Source: an uncultured Planctomycetales bacterium
GTDB taxonomy: Bacteria; Omnitrophota; Gorgyraeia; Gygaellales; Profunditerraquicolaceae
Length of the DNA: 64,000 bases
Direction of reading: 5' to 3'
Assembly: GCA_964427405.1 (NCBI GenBank)
Contig: CAYRUB010000001.1
Location: forward strand, 80,752-144,751
In this document: positions 50,063 to 58,918 of the stretch, one piece after another
How positions within the stretch are numbered: the first letter of the stretch is position 1
Layout: each line of letters opens with the position of its first letter
Program-made: the position numbers and the translations under genes
The notes under the pieces: generated by a model
What the model saw: the letters and a program-made list of their open reading frames with translations, nothing else
Database searches by the model: none
Told to the model about the DNA's origin: nothing

Positions 50063-51430
50063 TTAAAAATCCACCTGCGCCCTTAAGCCTCCTACAAATA
50101 TGCCGTTTGTGTTACCTGCAATATCCTTGCCATACGGGTTCCAGATATACTGGATATCAGGGCTAACGGAAAGATGATCATTTACATGTATCTTGTAATA
50201 CGCTTCCAGATGTCCTTCTGCTTTTGCTTGAAAATCCGCGTTGGCTTTCTTGTAGTCATCCGAAGGTATTACCTGGCCTACGGCAAAAGCCAACACGTCT
50301 TTCTCTCTGCCCCAAGGCTTGCCTTCAACTTGAAAACCAGCACTCCAGGCCTGCTCCAGGGAATAGTTAGAGCCATCGGTTGCGGTTAATTCAGGATTAT
50401 AAACCTTTGGGTTCTGCCAGCCGTAACGGGCAAAGAAAGTAATGATATCATTGGCCTTCTGGTCAAAACTGAAACCAAAACCATAAGCGCCCTCTTTATC
50501 CTTCTGGCTATCCAGCCACTTGGTATGGTTAACATTGTTATTCCAGCCGTAAAACCGGTAATTACCAGGGAGGTTTAAGAAATTAGTCTTAAAATGCGCC
50601 TGTCCGATATTAAATAAACTATCTCCAATATCCTCCCAACTGCTGCTTCCGTCAAAAACTCCATAGCCCAATTCTAACCATTCAACCGGTAGATAGGCAA
50701 AACGGACTCCGGCGCCGTTATCCGGGAATTCAACCGTCGGAGAATTGCGGAATATCCTGCCTAAGAATTGAGTGGTTTCATCATTAGCAACCTCATTCTG
50801 GTCAAAATAAACCGTCGGATCAAGCTTACCAAAAGTAACGGCAGCTTTATTCTTGAAAAGGTCCTGTTCATACCAGAACTCGGTGAGTTCGACTTTAGCA
50901 TCACTGTCACCGGCATCCCGATTAACGTTACTGTATAGAGTAAGATTATCTTCTAAGCCCGCGCCTTGTCCGGCTTCAAGGTGGACAAATGCCCTGCCGC
51001 CTATTTCCTTGAATTCCTTGGATAGAGTTACATCCGCGGAATACGAGGCGTCCGCGCGGCCCTCCTTCTGCGTTGAGCCGTCACGGTAATTGGTATTATC
51101 AGCCCCCTGTACAATCATCGTGCCTCCTGCCCCAAGCTCAAGACCCTCCATAAGTTGCATGGAAACTCCCGGAACGCGGTGAAGGTTTTCTTCAAACTGC
51201 GAGAATTTACCCTCGTATTCATTGATTTTTGCCTGCTGGGACTGCATTGCCGAATCTTGCCCCTTGATATAAGAATCCTGATCGGATATTTTTTTCTCAA
51301 GCGCATCAACGCGTGACTGAAGCTTCTTGAGCATACCCGCCATATCGCCGTCATCGGCAAACGCAGACAGGCATAAACTAAAAACAACCCCAACAATAAG
51401 AAATATACTACACGCCCTCTTCAATAACAT
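50063..51430 (-). CDS. OprB-family porin with an N-terminal coiled coil (probable metal-uptake porin)
   Basis: Signal peptide, coiled coil, GKLD..FDQN..ANDETTQF, EAYY, SPDIQYI.NP, terminal F. Confidence 0.85.
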   Translation of the reverse strand: MLLKRACSIFLIVGVVFSLCLSAFADDGDMAGMLKKLQSRVDALEKKISDQDSYIKGQDSAMQSQQAKINEYEGKFSQFEENLHRVPGVSMQLMEGLELGAGGTMIVQGADNTNYRDGSTQKEGRADASYSADVTLSKEFKEIGGRAFVHLEAGQGAGLEDNLTLYSNVNRDAGDSDAKVELTEFWYEQDLFKNKAAVTFGKLDPTVYFDQNEVANDETTQFLGRIFRNSPTVEFPDNGAGVRFAYLPVEWLELGYGVFDGSSSWEDIGDSLFNIGQAHFKTNFLNLPGNYRFYGWNNNVNHTKWLDSQKDKEGAYGFGFSFDQKANDIITFFARYGWQNPKVYNPELTATDGSNYSLEQAWSAGFQVEGKPWGREKDVLAFAVGQVIPSDDYKKANADFQAKAEGHLEAYYKIHVNDHLSVSPDIQYIWNPYGKDIAGNTNGIFVGGLRAQVDF

Positions 51431-51463
51431 CTCAACCTCCTTCTGATATGAAAAACATTGATA

Positions 51464-51559
51464 TTATTTCTTTCTGCCCTGTGGACGCTTATTCCTGTCT
51501 TCTGCTTTACATTTGCATAAACTGCCGCAATTACCTTTGCATTTACACCGTTTATCCAT
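51464..51559 (-). CDS. 31-aa Cys/Lys-rich metallothionein-like peptide (not in the ORF track)
   Basis: AAGGAGG RBS; MDKRCKCKGNCGSLCKCKAEDRNKRPQGRKK. Confidence 0.65.
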   Translation of the reverse strand: MDKRCKCKGNCGSLCKCKAEDRNKRPQGRKK

Positions 51560-51576
51560 ACCGCCTCCTTCCCAAA

Positions 51577-51739
51577 TTAACCATCTTTTAATATAGCTTT
51601 TAACCCCTCATCCATTAACCTAACAGAGGCATCCTGCACCATTCTTGAGAAACTCAAAAAAGAAAAATCATCAAAATGCAAAGATACACCGCGAACGTTA
51701 ACATGTATAATCCCGCCCAAGCATTTTACTTTTATCCAT
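51577..51739 (-). pseudogene. Small gene with an apparent +1 frameshift after ATG GAT AAA
   Basis: Strong GAGGAGG RBS, but frame 0 stops after 13 aa; the +1 frame gives KVKCLGGIIHVNVRGVSLHFDDFSFLSFSRMVQDASVRLMDEGLKAILKDG. Confidence 0.45.
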
Positions 51740-51756
51740 CTTTCCTCCTCTCCAAC

Positions 51757-51810
51757 AAAAAAATCCAGACGCCTGTTAACAATAGGGTTCTGGATTCAAG
51801 ATCTCTGACC
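51757..51810 (-). terminator. Terminator/attenuator downstream of the Com-like gene
   Basis: AATCCAGA...TCTGGATT followed by a T-run, immediately before the RBS of the next gene. Confidence 0.7.
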
Positions 51811-51837
51811 GCTTTTAAACTTTTTATCTATCTGCCG

Positions 51838-52020
51838 CTAAACCGCATTATCCTCCTTGGTAAGATAATTAACCATCAACTCCTCAAACTTTATCAGATG
51901 CATCCTTTTGCACCGCGGGCATTTGAATTCGTAACCATCTTTGGTCTTTACCAGATAAAGCCTGCCGCAATCGCAGCGAACCTGATTTTCCTCTTTATTT
52001 AACTGGTTTAAATTCCGCAT
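51838..52020 (-). CDS. Mu Com-family zinc-finger protein
   Basis: VRCDCGRLY...YEFKCPRCKRMHLI; resembles the Com RC..C..LL...EIRCPRCKR pattern. Confidence 0.75.
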   Translation of the reverse strand: MRNLNQLNKEENQVRCDCGRLYLVKTKDGYEFKCPRCKRMHLIKFEELMVNYLTKEDNAV

Positions 52021-52094
52021 TCTTACCCTGCTCCGTAAAAACCCTGATAAAATTTACACATATCGCCATGGTATATCCTTTTTTGTCGGCTGTC

Positions 52095-52433
52095 TCAAAA
52101 CATTGACGAAAGAAAAGAAGCTGCCTTAACCCCTGCCAAAACAAAAAGCGCTATAACAAAAGTCTCAAATCCCGCTTTCCAGCCTATGCCTCCCATTGCC
52201 AATGCCGCCAACAAATCAGTCGTTACGGCAAGCGCCAGCGCCGCCCATAATCCCCATTGCTTAAAAACAATTGTCATCAAAACGATTAGAGGAAGCGCTA
52301 TAAGCGTACCAATTACTGAAACAAGCACCAAATTAACATGAGTTGCCCTGGCAATAACGCTAGTTATGCCTGCCATGCGCGGGCATACGATAAAAAATGC
52401 GTACGCTATAGACGCTACAATTAAATGATTCAT
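52095..52433 (-). CDS. Small 4-TM membrane protein; likely start at 52433
   Basis: Hydrophobic; CPRMAG motif; ATGA overlap with the upstream ORF. Confidence 0.7.
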   Translation of the reverse strand: MNHLIVASIAYAFFIVCPRMAGITSVIARATHVNLVLVSVIGTLIALPLIVLMTIVFKQWGLWAALALAVTTDLLAALAMGGIGWKAGFETFVIALFVLAGVKAASFLSSMF

Positions 52434-52609
52434 GGTTTCTTGTCTCCCTCCCTTGCGACATTGCTGTTTTTCTTGCAGGAACATACATTTTTATCAGAAT
52501 TGCCGCATCCTAAACAAGGAGAATCATCTTCTTTGATAATTCGTAACAGGCGCCAGGCAAGAAGCAATATGCTCGCCAAAACAACCGCGATAATAATTAT
52601 CCTCTCCAC
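52430..52609 (-). CDS. FeoB-associated Cys-rich membrane protein (59 aa, not in the ORF track)
   Basis: GTG start after feoB: MERIIIIAVVLASILLLAWRLLRIIKEDDSPCLGCGNSDKNVCSCKK... Confidence 0.8.
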   Translation of the reverse strand: MERIIIIAVVLASILLLAWRLLRIIKEDDSPCLGCGNSDKNVCSCKKNSNVAREGDKKP

Positions 52610-52612
52610 TGT

Positions 52613-54700
52613 TTATCCTCCGAGTCCCAATAGCCTGCCACCTTGATATACGACAAAGGACGCAACCCAAGCCATCACTGTTGTCCAGAATATCAAAAAC
52701 AGCGTCCATTTGGCGCTCGGCCCGGATTCACGGTAGAAAACCGCCATTGCCACAAAACAAGGTAAATAAATCAGGCAAAACACCAGGAAAACAAAAGCCT
52801 TGAGCGGGTTCCAGGAAGGATCGTTTTGCAAGGCCTCTTTTAACGGCTCCGTCTCCTCCGGGTCAACCTCTCCTAAACTGTAAATTGTTCCCATTGTGCT
52901 TACCACAACCTCTTTTGCCGCAACACCTGCCATCAACGCGACTCCGCCTCTCCAGTCCATGCCAAGCGGCCTGACAGCGGGTTCGACAAACTTACCAATC
53001 CTGCCGGCATAGCTCTGTTCCATCTGCGCGGAAGCCGCTGCTTCCTCGCTCATTCCCTCTTTTGGCTCTATTTCCGGAAAAGTGAAACCCGCCCAGATGA
53101 TTATGGAAATAAGCAGGATAATCGTTCCGGCTTTCTTTATATAAAGCCAGCCCCTTTCCCACATCTTTAATAATAAACCCTGGATCGTCGGGATGCGGTA
53201 AGGCGGAAGCTCCATGACAAAATGCGATGTCTCCCCCTTAAAGACGGTCTTTTTCAAAATCCAGGCAGAGCTAAAAGCTATAGCAACGCTTAAGGCATAC
53301 ATTAAAAACATCATATTTGCCCCTTGTTCTGCCGCAAAGAAAGCCCCGATAAACAAAGCAAATATCGGAAGCTTTGCCCCGCAGATCATAAAAGGGGTGA
53401 CCATCATGGTAATCAACCTGTCTTTTTTATTATCAAGCGTGCGCGAGGCCATAATCCCCGGCACAGCGCAGCCGTTAGTTGAGATCATCATCGGCAGGAA
53501 AGATTTGCCGTGCAGGCCGAACTTATGCATAATCCTGTCCATGACAAAAGCGGCGCGCGCCATATAACCCGAATCTTCAAAGAAGGCGATAGCAAAAAAC
53601 ATAAAAAGCACCAGCGGGAAGAACCCCAATACCCCGCCTACGCCGCCGATTAAGCCGTCAACAACAAAAGACCGGGTCAAGCCTTCCGGAATAACGCCGG
53701 AGAAGAATTCTCCCATTTTCTCAAATAATTTTTCAAGCCATCCCACTACCGGCTCGGAAAATGTGAAGGTAAACTTGAAAATTCCATACATCACAGCGGC
53801 AAAAATAGGCAGCCCCAAGAAACGATTCAGCACGACTTTATCAATCTTGTCAGAAAGATCATGCCTTTCTTCTATGGTCCGGCTTTGCGCCTCGGTGCAT
53901 ACCCCGCTGATAAACCCGTATCTTTTGTCCGCGATGATCACTTCCGGGTCATCGGAAAAATGTTTTTTAAGATGGTTCCTGCTTTTTTCACCTTGCAAGA
54001 TAATCTCCGGGCCAGCAGGTAACTGCGCGATAGATTTCATTACCCAAGGATCGTTTTCCAAAATTTTTACTCCCAACCATCCTATAGGGTATGTAACTAA
54101 AAAGCCTGGTTCTTTTTTAAGAAGCGCAGATACATTCTCGAGCTCTAATTTAATCTCTTCCCCATAATCAACGCCTATCTTCTCTATATTGATTTTCCTA
54201 TCATAAAGATCAACCAGCGTATTCAACAATTCATCCATGCCTTTATTCTTGCTGCCAACCGTAGGGATAACCGGCTTACCTAATAAACGAGAAATCCCGG
54301 CATAATTAATCTTGGAGCCTCTCTTTTCCACAATATCGCTCATATTCATTGCCAGGATCACCGGGACTTCCAGCTCCTGCAACTGTGTATATAGGTAAAG
54401 GTTCCTTTCAAGGTTAGAAGCATCAACAATATGGATAACCATATCCGGTTTTTCTTTAACAAGAAAATCGCGCGCCACAATCTCGTCTTCCGAATTCGCA
54501 GACAAACTATACGTCCCCGGAAGATCAACAAAGGTTATCTCGTAGTCTTTATAAACAATTCTCCCCTCTTTTTTCTCGACTGTAACGCCCGGGTAATTAC
54601 CCACATGCTGATGCGCGCCGGTTAAGTTATTGAATATTGTTGATTTTCCCGAGTTGGGGTTTCCTGCCAATGCCACTGTCAACCTGCCTTTTATCTCCAT
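52613..54700 (-). CDS. feoB: Ferrous iron transporter FeoB
   Basis: GNPNSGKST, VGNYPGVTV, DLPGTY, LERNL, EDSGYMAR, FVMELPPY, YLPC. Confidence 0.97.
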   Translation of the reverse strand: MEIKGRLTVALAGNPNSGKSTIFNNLTGAHQHVGNYPGVTVEKKEGRIVYKDYEITFVDLPGTYSLSANSEDEIVARDFLVKEKPDMVIHIVDASNLERNLYLYTQLQELEVPVILAMNMSDIVEKRGSKINYAGISRLLGKPVIPTVGSKNKGMDELLNTLVDLYDRKINIEKIGVDYGEEIKLELENVSALLKKEPGFLVTYPIGWLGVKILENDPWVMKSIAQLPAGPEIILQGEKSRNHLKKHFSDDPEVIIADKRYGFISGVCTEAQSRTIEERHDLSDKIDKVVLNRFLGLPIFAAVMYGIFKFTFTFSEPVVGWLEKLFEKMGEFFSGVIPEGLTRSFVVDGLIGGVGGVLGFFPLVLFMFFAIAFFEDSGYMARAAFVMDRIMHKFGLHGKSFLPMMISTNGCAVPGIMASRTLDNKKDRLITMMVTPFMICGAKLPIFALFIGAFFAAEQGANMMFLMYALSVAIAFSSAWILKKTVFKGETSHFVMELPPYRIPTIQGLLLKMWERGWLYIKKAGTIILLISIIIWAGFTFPEIEPKEGMSEEAAASAQMEQSYAGRIGKFVEPAVRPLGMDWRGGVALMAGVAAKEVVVSTMGTIYSLGEVDPEETEPLKEALQNDPSWNPLKAFVFLVFCLIYLPCFVAMAVFYRESGPSAKWTLFLIFWTTVMAWVASFVVYQGGRLLGLGG

Positions 54701-54701
54701 T

Positions 54702-54926
54702 CTATTCCTCCCTGATGATTATTTTCTGGGCTAATCCATGCCCAATAGATATTTTAGAACCTTTTACGCAAATCGTAACCGGGCCGGCCCCGCTATTATG
54801 CAGCATCGTTAACCTCTCCCCCGGCAGGAGCCCGAGCTCGGCTAATCTATGGCTGGCGCCCTTGCCCCCATGGATAAAGACGATTACCCCGGCACTTCCG
54901 GAATTTATATCGCATAAGCTTTTCAT
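54702..54926 (-). CDS. feoA: FeoA
   Basis: RLAELGLLPG..GPV. Confidence 0.88.
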   Translation of the reverse strand: MKSLCDINSGSAGVIVFIHGGKGASHRLAELGLLPGERLTMLHNSGAGPVTICVKGSKISIGHGLAQKIIIREE

Positions 54927-54928
54927 AT

Positions 54929-55165
54929 TCAGATAACCTCGATAGTAACCTGTTTTGCCTCTTCTTTTCTTAAAGACAGATTGTAACCTTTAATTCTTAT
55001 TTCCACCGGATCCCCCAGCGGAGCCACCCTGATCACCTCAAGCTCGCTTCCCGGGACAATCCCCATATCAAGCAGTTTCTTTTTGAGTTGTCCCTGAGCG
55101 GTAATTTCCCTGACCTTGCCTTTATTACGCGCTTTTAAATCACTCAATACCTTAACCTGGCTCAT
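54929..55165 (-). CDS. feoA: FeoA; likely start at 55165
   Basis: LLDMGIVPG, APLGDP, LSLRKEEA. Confidence 0.93.
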   Translation of the reverse strand: MSQVKVLSDLKARNKGKVREITAQGQLKKKLLDMGIVPGSELEVIRVAPLGDPVEIRIKGYNLSLRKEEAKQVTIEVI

Positions 55166-55192
55166 AAACCCTCCCATTCCTTTAATAAACAG

Positions 55193-55216
55193 ATAAGTTA
55201 GACAAGCCTAACTTAT
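55193..55216. promoter_or_regulatory. DtxR/MntR-type operator upstream of feoA
   Basis: ATAAGTTAG-N6-CTAACTTAT, perfect 9-bp arms. Confidence 0.85.
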
Positions 55217-55235
55217 GAAATAAAAAAATTCTCCC

Positions 55236-55730
55236 TTATTTCTTCTTTAAGGCTGCCCGGCGCATATTACAATTCAATCTTTTTCCTGTTTTTAAATAAT
55301 GTTTGAAGCTTTTTAACCATTGGGGGGCTTCTCCATCCAATCCCATTTCCACAAACCGGGTAAACTTCGTCAGCCTGTTAAAAGTCGAGGGGCTTATGGC
55401 GTGTTCAATTTTGCAGGCATCGGCTTGTGCGGTTTTTCCATCTATCCCTAAGATTCTGGACAAAAACTGAAAAACCGTATCATGCCGCTCCTGAACGCCT
55501 CCTGCTATCTTCTTCCCTTCCTTAGTCAACTCCACAACACTGTATCTTTCATGCAAGATAAGGTTACTTTTGGCAAGAGTAGCCAACGCGGCATTAACGC
55601 TGGGCTTTTTAACCTGCAAAAGCTTGCCGATATCACTTACCCGGGCAATGCCTCTCTCTTTTTTCAGAAGAGCTATTGCCTCCAGGTAATCTTCCATATT
55701 AGAGCTTATTTTTTTTGTGACTGTTTTCAT
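55236..55730 (-). CDS. DtxR/MntR-family metalloregulator; likely start at 55730
   Basis: MEDYLEAI, KPSV, LTKEG, RH, ACKIEHAIS. Confidence 0.93.
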   Translation of the reverse strand: MKTVTKKISSNMEDYLEAIALLKKERGIARVSDIGKLLQVKKPSVNAALATLAKSNLILHERYSVVELTKEGKKIAGGVQERHDTVFQFLSRILGIDGKTAQADACKIEHAISPSTFNRLTKFTRFVEMGLDGEAPQWLKSFKHYLKTGKRLNCNMRRAALKKK

Positions 55731-55757
55731 TTTAACCCTCAAATCTTACCGAAAAGC

Positions 55758-55781
55758 ATATGTTAGATAAGACTAACATAT
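55758..55781. promoter_or_regulatory. DtxR/MntR-type operator (autoregulation)
   Basis: ATATGTTAG-N6-CTAACATAT, downstream of TTGACA at 55792-55797. Confidence 0.85.
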
Positions 55782-55842
55782 TTATTTCTTTTGTCAAGAA
55801 GATTTTTATAAAAAAATTATTTGGAGTACGGGGAAGGCAATT

Positions 55843-56328
55843 TTATGGCAGTAACAACCTTTTAGGAGAAGTTGGTTTATTCTTGAAATGTTTCTCTATC
55901 CAGCCGTTTCTTACATCCTTTCTGGAATCGAAGTGTTCTACATACGGCTTGATATCCAGTAAAGGCGTATTATCCAGGATATCAACCTCTGAAAAACTTA
56001 TTACGTTCCTTTCGACCTTTTTCAACCTCACGATAGAAAATCCGAGATGGTTAGGGCGATGAGGACTTCGTATGGCAAATATACCATGTTCCTTATCTTC
56101 TAGGAACGGCTTTGCGATAAGTTGCTCTTTCTTTGAGCGGTTAAAATAATAAACCAAAATAAGGTGCGAAAACCCTCCAATGTCTTTTAATCCTGTCTGA
56201 TACTCAGGGAACAGCTCAACTTTTCCATTAATGCCTTTCTTAAACTTGCCCTGGATAGGTATACCCTTGGACCCTTTATAAGGCGTACGGATTATTCCTA
56301 TAGGCTTGATTTTGATCTCTTTTTTCAT
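55843..56328 (-). CDS. tsaA: TsaA/TrmO-like SAM-binding protein; likely start at 56328
   Basis: PIGII, FSHL, GIFAIRSPHRPN, TPLLDIKPY. Confidence 0.9.
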   Translation of the reverse strand: MKKEIKIKPIGIIRTPYKGSKGIPIQGKFKKGINGKVELFPEYQTGLKDIGGFSHLILVYYFNRSKKEQLIAKPFLEDKEHGIFAIRSPHRPNHLGFSIVRLKKVERNVISFSEVDILDNTPLLDIKPYVEHFDSRKDVRNGWIEKHFKNKPTSPKRLLLP

Positions 56329-56329
56329 T

Positions 56330-56650
56330 TCAGAAAGTGACAACCTTATCGCTCTCCTTAACAATCTCATACATATCCTTCATAGTTGAAATCGGGCACA
56401 TTTCCGAACCTTCCTGCTCCCGAGATTTGATACAACTTCCGCACGCGTAAATCTTGCCGCATCCCTGCATGAATTTCTCAGCCTGCTCAACAGTATTAAA
56501 TTTCTTCGTATTGACCTTCAAATACTCCACGCCCTTGCCCATAAAAAAGCTTTTAACTTCATCCTTCTGCCCTAAACAAAAATTCGCATATCGCAAGGCG
56601 TTCCAACAGGTTTCCGCGTCATTACTTGAAATTATTACACCTATTTTCAT
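56330..56650 (-). CDS. DsrE/DsrF-like protein; likely start at 56650
   Basis: WNALRYA, FFMGKGVE, ACGSC, SDKVVTF. Confidence 0.88.
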   Translation of the reverse strand: MKIGVIISSNDAETCWNALRYANFCLGQKDEVKSFFMGKGVEYLKVNTKKFNTVEQAEKFMQGCGKIYACGSCIKSREQEGSEMCPISTMKDMYEIVKESDKVVTF

Positions 56651-56728
56651 TTTATCCTCCCGGGTTAAATAATACCTTACACTTACCACTTTTTTCGTCA
56701 ATATGCAATATTTTCTTAGGATGGGAAC

Positions 56729-57139
56729 CTAACTATTTATGCTTTTAAATAATTTAGCTATAGTAAGCTGCATCAATGCATCATTTAACCGGGATTCGAT
56801 CTTTCTCATTTCTCGCATTAACAAACATTTCTCAGGATTAGGACAGATATCTTTCTCAAATAAACAACTAAAGATATCTGTATCAAACCGGAAAATATTT
56901 ACTATATCTATAATACGTATTTTATCCGGCATGATATTCAACATAAAACCGCCGCCACTCCCTTTTAAAGACTTTAACATTCCCCGCCTACTTAACACCT
57001 GCAGAATTCTTCTTAAAAAAGCCCTGCGCATATTTAACTTCTTCACCAGCTCATTTACAGAAACTACCCTATCAGGATCCCTGGTAAAATAAAGCAGCGA
57101 CTTAATTGCATAATGGATATTTTTAGTAACTAGCTTCAT
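56729..57139 (-). CDS. Rrf2-family regulator with three Cys
   Basis: YAIKSL, FLRRILQ, S.KG.GGGF, C-x6-C-x5-C. Confidence 0.88.
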   Translation of the reverse strand: MKLVTKNIHYAIKSLLYFTRDPDRVVSVNELVKKLNMRRAFLRRILQVLSRRGMLKSLKGSGGGFMLNIMPDKIRIIDIVNIFRFDTDIFSCLFEKDICPNPEKCLLMREMRKIESRLNDALMQLTIAKLFKSINS

Positions 57140-57140
57140 A

Positions 57141-58385
57141 TTATTTATAAATTCTTAATGCACAAAACTCATCTCCGCACATAGAACAACCACCTTCTCT
57201 TAATCTTGGGCTTTCGCTAAGCAGTTCCCTGAATTTTCTCCCGTCAATGGCATATTTTGACATCTTAGCCCAATCAAAATTCTTCCTTGCCTTTGACATT
57301 AATCTATTCTGCAAGATTGATTTTTTATTTCCCCGGGCGATATCAGCGATAGATGCGGCAATCTTTGTAATCACGACCCCCTGGCGAACATCTTCAGCAT
57401 CCGGCAACCCAATGTGTTCTTTAGGCGTAACATAACAAAGGAAATCCGCCCCAAAATAACCGGCCAAAGCTCCTCCTACGCTGCAAGCGATATGATCATA
57501 TCCTGCGGCTGTATCTATAGGAAGAGGGCCTAAGACATAAAAAGGCGCTCCATGGCAAATTTTCTTTTCCAATTCCACATTCTTTTTTATTTCATTTAAA
57601 GGAATATGCCCCGGGCCTTCTATGATTACCTGCACCCCTCTATCCCTTGCTTTCATGGCGAGATCACCTAAAACCCTTAACTCATAAATTTGAGCCCTAT
57701 CGGTTGAATCCGCGATACAGCCCGGTCTTAACCCGTCGCCTAAACTTATGACAACATTATATTCCCTGGCTATATCTAAAATCTCATCGAAATACTCATA
57801 GAGAAAATTTTCTTTCTTATTCTTCGCCATCCAATCCAACAAAAAAGAACCTCCCCTTGACACTACCGGTATCAACCTTCTTCTAACCATGCCTAAAGAT
57901 GCCTTTGTAATACCGGCATGAACCGTAACAAAATCAACGCCGTCTTTTGCGTGACGCTCAAAAACCCTAAGGTAATCTTTTATTGTCATATTTTCGGGGC
58001 TAGCTGATTCAACAACCGTCTGATAAATAGGCACTGTTCCCACGGGTTGCGGGCAATTTTTAATAATGGTATTGCGTACTTTATCTATATCAACAGAATT
58101 ACCGGCTACGCTTAAATCCATCACTGCGTCAGCTCCCGCTTCTATAGCAGCTTTAAGTTTTCTCAACTCTTTTGCTAAATTAAAATCTGCTGAAGAAGCC
58201 CCGATATTAGCATTAACTTTTACTCTTAAATCTTTACCTACGCCGATATGTTTTATACCTTGATGGTTTTTGCTGCCCAGGATAACTATCGTGCCTTTCG
58301 TAAAATTTCTCTTTAATAAACTAATATGGATACCCTCTTTCGCGGCTACGCAGGATAATATTTTATCATTTATCTTCATAAGCAA
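57141..58385 (-). CDS. thiC: Phosphomethylpyrimidine synthase ThiC, short form (a BzaA/B-like paralog is not excluded)
   Basis: KVNANIG, MDLS, GTVPIY, SRGGS, LGDGLRPG, EGPGH, YVTPKEH, CSMC....C. Confidence 0.9.
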   Translation of the reverse strand: MLMKINDKILSCVAAKEGIHISLLKRNFTKGTIVILGSKNHQGIKHIGVGKDLRVKVNANIGASSADFNLAKELRKLKAAIEAGADAVMDLSVAGNSVDIDKVRNTIIKNCPQPVGTVPIYQTVVESASPENMTIKDYLRVFERHAKDGVDFVTVHAGITKASLGMVRRRLIPVVSRGGSFLLDWMAKNKKENFLYEYFDEILDIAREYNVVISLGDGLRPGCIADSTDRAQIYELRVLGDLAMKARDRGVQVIIEGPGHIPLNEIKKNVELEKKICHGAPFYVLGPLPIDTAAGYDHIACSVGGALAGYFGADFLCYVTPKEHIGLPDAEDVRQGVVITKIAASIADIARGNKKSILQNRLMSKARKNFDWAKMSKYAIDGRKFRELLSESPRLREGGCSMCGDEFCALRIYK

Positions 58386-58879
58386 ATATGCCTAAACCCA
58401 GGCTTTATAAACTTCGTTTTAAATAACCTAACCCTTCCTAATAAGCCCATATAATCAATAATAAGCTTTCCCTTAAGATGGTCTATTTCATGCTGTAAAA
58501 CTCTTGATAATAATCCCTCTGCCCTGAATTCAACGATTTTGCCTTTTTCATTCAATCCCCGCACGACAATCTTATCCGCCCTGCCTATTCTCACATTCAA
58601 GCCGGGCAGGCTCAAGCAGCTTTCCTGAAATCGCACAAATCCTCTCTTGTCTAGAATTTCGGGATTTGCCATCTTTATTACTTCCCCTTTGATATCCATA
58701 ACTATTAAACTTTTATCCATTCCGATTTCAGGAGCAGCCAGGCCCATGCCGCCGAAATGCCGGACAGTAAGAAGCATTTCATTAAAAAGCCTTAACTCAT
58801 CATCAGTAATTCTTTCTACTAAGGCACATTTCTTTCTTAAAATATAATTAGGGTACCTACTAATTTCCAAAGGTTTCAT
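58376..58879 (-). CDS. def: Peptide deformylase paralog with altered motifs
   Basis: GMGLAAPEIG, ESCLS, QHEIDHL. Confidence 0.85.
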   Translation of the reverse strand: MKPLEISRYPNYILRKKCALVERITDDELRLFNEMLLTVRHFGGMGLAAPEIGMDKSLIVMDIKGEVIKMANPEILDKRGFVRFQESCLSLPGLNVRIGRADKIVVRGLNEKGKIVEFRAEGLLSRVLQHEIDHLKGKLIIDYMGLLGRVRLFKTKFIKPGFRHICL

Positions 58880-58918
58880 TATTTCTTAAAGTTGCAAATC
58901 AACACAATGTTTCCTATC

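Noticed and set aside
51995-52069. 24-aa ORF MAICVNFIRVFTEQGKNAEFKPVK overlapping the Com-like start
   Set aside because: It has a modest RBS but no motif; coding status cannot be supported
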